Source: a virus (Duplodnaviria > Caudoviricetes). Taken from it: a stretch of DNA of 31,377 nt. Where the stretch lies: positions 1 to 31,377 of the IMG/VR virus record IMGVR_UViG_3300031519_000135; one strand, written 5' to 3'. Below the pieces are notes generated by a model. It saw only the letters and a program-made list of their open reading frames with translations. It was not told the DNA's origin and did no database searches. The position numbers and the translations under genes are program-made. Position 1 is the stretch's first letter, and the number at the start of each line of letters is the position of its first letter. Below are positions 29,919 to 31,377 of the stretch, piece after piece.

Positions 29919-30595
29919 TGTACGATATTGCATTCATAAGTTATCAAGAACCTAGTGCCGACGCTAACTACGCTGCACTAAAGGCACGATTTCCTATGGC
30001 CAAACGTGTACACGGAGTTAAAGGAATACATCAAGCACACATTGCTGCTGCTAAAAAATGTTTTACTAAGATGTTTTGGATTGTCGATGCTGATGCACAA
30101 TTAGTAGACACGTTTAACTTTGATTATAAAGTAGACGAATGGAATTTAGAAACTGTACATGTATGGAGCAGTATAAATCCAATCAATAACTTAGTATACG
30201 GATATGGCGGCATAAAATTGTTTCCACGTAAACTAACAATTGATATGGATTTAACAAATACCGATATGACTACAAGCATATCAAATAAGTTTAAAGCAAT
30301 GGAACAAATATCAAATATTACTGCATTTAATACAGATGAATTTAGTACATGGCGTAGTGCATTTAGAGAATGTGCAAAACTTGCAAGTAATATAATTGAC
30401 AGGCAGAATGTAGAAGAGACTAACACAAGATTAGCAGCATGGTGTAATGCCACTGGCAGAGATCAACAGTTTGGAGATTACGCTATTCAAGGTGCAAGAG
30501 CAGGTCGAAAATACGGTATTGATAATCAAGGTAACATTGAAGCACTAAAAAAAATTAATGACTTTGAATGGTTGAAAGAAAAATTTAATGAGTAG
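29918..30595 (+). CDS. GT-A-like glycosyltransferase (paralogue of 19927-20856)
   Basis: YDIAFISYQEP...AKRVHGVKG..AH...FWIVDADA, N.IN.L.YG.GG.K..P and WR.AFRE, all shared with the 309-aa gene. TAATG overlap with the upstream gene. Confidence 0.6.
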   Translation: MYDIAFISYQEPSADANYAALKARFPMAKRVHGVKGIHQAHIAAAKKCFTKMFWIVDADAQLVDTFNFDYKVDEWNLETVHVWSSINPINNLVYGYGGIKLFPRKLTIDMDLTNTDMTTSISNKFKAMEQISNITAFNTDEFSTWRSAFRECAKLASNIIDRQNVEETNTRLAAWCNATGRDQQFGDYAIQGARAGRKYGIDNQGNIEALKKINDFEWLKEKFNE

Positions 30596-31208
30596 ATTAC
30601 TAGCATTTGGGTGTAGCTATACATACGGTGAAGGATTATGGGATTGTTTAAATATCGCTAGCAATCCAGGCTTTAAAGCAAAACACCCTAGTAAGTTTGC
30701 TTGGCCTACTTTATTAGGTAAAAATCTAGATAGAAAAAATATAAATCTTAGTCAACCTGGCTGCTCAAATCGTTATATAGCTAACGAAATACTAAACACA
30801 CACATTCAAAAAGATGATATAGTAGTGGTGTTATGGACTCATCCTGATAGATCTATTATATTTGGCAAGGAAAATTATACAAATCAACACATACACGCTA
30901 CAAGAAATAATAAAATGAATAGAGCATACTTTAAATATATATATGATCCTTATAATTGTTTTTTAGAATCACAACACTCTATACATTATACAAATTTGTA
31001 TCTCAGTAGCAAAGGAGTCACTATTTATAATTTTCAGGCTGAACATAGATTGTCTATACCTGCTTATGCTACTCCGGACTGGAATATAGTTAAAGTTATT
31101 AGTCAACACTTATACTATATAGATATGGCAGCCGATGGTGATCATCCGGGCATTGAATCACAAAAGCTAATAGCACAAGATATGGAACGATGTATTAGAG
31201 AGAATTAA
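30588..31208 (+). CDS. SGNH-fold protein
   Basis: AFGCSYTYG, NLSQPGCSN and C-terminal DGDHPG (DxxH). Confidence 0.7.
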   Translation: MSRLLAFGCSYTYGEGLWDCLNIASNPGFKAKHPSKFAWPTLLGKNLDRKNINLSQPGCSNRYIANEILNTHIQKDDIVVVLWTHPDRSIIFGKENYTNQHIHATRNNKMNRAYFKYIYDPYNCFLESQHSIHYTNLYLSSKGVTIYNFQAEHRLSIPAYATPDWNIVKVISQHLYYIDMAADGDHPGIESQKLIAQDMERCIREN

Positions 31209-31377
31209 ATTTGCCTACTAGCATGTAACGTGTACCACGAGTATCTTCTACTTCTTCTTCAAATAGAACTTCTGCTCTTTCAGGTAGTTGGTCTTTAAAC
31301 TCTTGTAAGCTGTTAACACAATTCACATGCCCTTCAATACCGAACATATTATTTGACTGAAATGCAAAATAACAATT
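31195..31377 (-). CDS. C-terminal fragment of a convergent gene, possibly a SAM-dependent methyltransferase-like protein (absent from the ORF track)
   Basis: The minus strand is open from the window edge: NCYFAFQSNNMFGIEGHVNCVNSLQEFKDQLPERAEVLFEEEVEDTRGTRYMLVGKFNSL*, with the stop at 31197-31195. It overlaps the 3' end of the last SGNH gene by 14 nt. The functional call is from recalled resemblance only. Confidence 0.55.
   Translation of the reverse strand, partial: NCYFAFQSNNMFGIEGHVNCVNSLQEFKDQLPERAEVLFEEEVEDTRGTRYMLVGKFNSL

Noticed and set aside
1115-30453. Many 60-203 aa minus-strand and alternate-frame ORFs (e.g. 12020-12631, 1115-1522, 19266-19640, 4681-5031)
   Set aside because: They lie within long motif-bearing + strand genes and have no recognisable motifs. 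They are consistent with shadow ORFs produced by codon bias.
17282-31208. Bacterial chromosomal O-antigen/capsule locus or RiPP cluster
   Set aside because: There is no flippase, polymerase, transporter, membrane protein, peptidase or obvious short precursor peptide, and the block is continuous with phage structural genes.
17282-31208. Canonical T4-type DNA hypermodification cluster
   Set aside because: No dCMP/dUMP hydroxymethylase, TET/JBP or recognisable DNA glucosyltransferase is in the window. DNA as a target is not excluded but is unsupported here.
1-31377. Stop-codon reassignment, as seen in some large phages
   Set aside because: Genes tile the window at very high density under the standard code, and TAA, TGA and TAG all end genes at overlaps with the next start.
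1-31377. CRISPR array, tRNA, rRNA, intron or intein
   Set aside because: The largest intergenic gap is under 70 nt, and I recognised no spaced direct repeats, cloverleaf, homing endonuclease or intein motifs by eye.

Overview
AT-rich window from a large tailed dsDNA bacteriophage, probably a T4-like or jumbo myovirus judging by TATAAATA-type late promoters and a tail/baseplate module. Almost all coding is on the + strand, in two blocks. (1) 1-17214 is a virion structural module. It holds a 5'-truncated giant protein (at least 3400 aa, baseplate/adhesin-like), a 200-aa baseplate/fibre-anchor-like protein, three paralogous tail fibres with a shared N-terminal anchor and different C-termini (tail collar, unknown, intramolecular-chaperone-like), and a 326-aa structural protein. 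(2) 17282-31208 is a tightly coupled 15-gene enzyme operon. It encodes four GT-A-type glycosyltransferase-like proteins, a GT10-like protein, an NDP-sugar epimerase/dehydratase, two N-terminal-twitch radical SAM enzymes, a cobalamin-binding radical SAM enzyme, a sulfotransferase-like protein, three SGNH-fold proteins and two unknowns. The junction (17226-17280) is a compound element: a perfect sigma70 promoter (TTGACA-N17-TATAAT) inside a 12-bp perfect inverted repeat plus T-tract that also sequesters the next gene's Shine-Dalgarno. The 3' end of a convergent minus-strand gene closes the window. The best candidate for an undescribed system is the phage-encoded glycan synthesis and radical-SAM tailoring operon. 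All functional calls are motif-based; no database searches were run.
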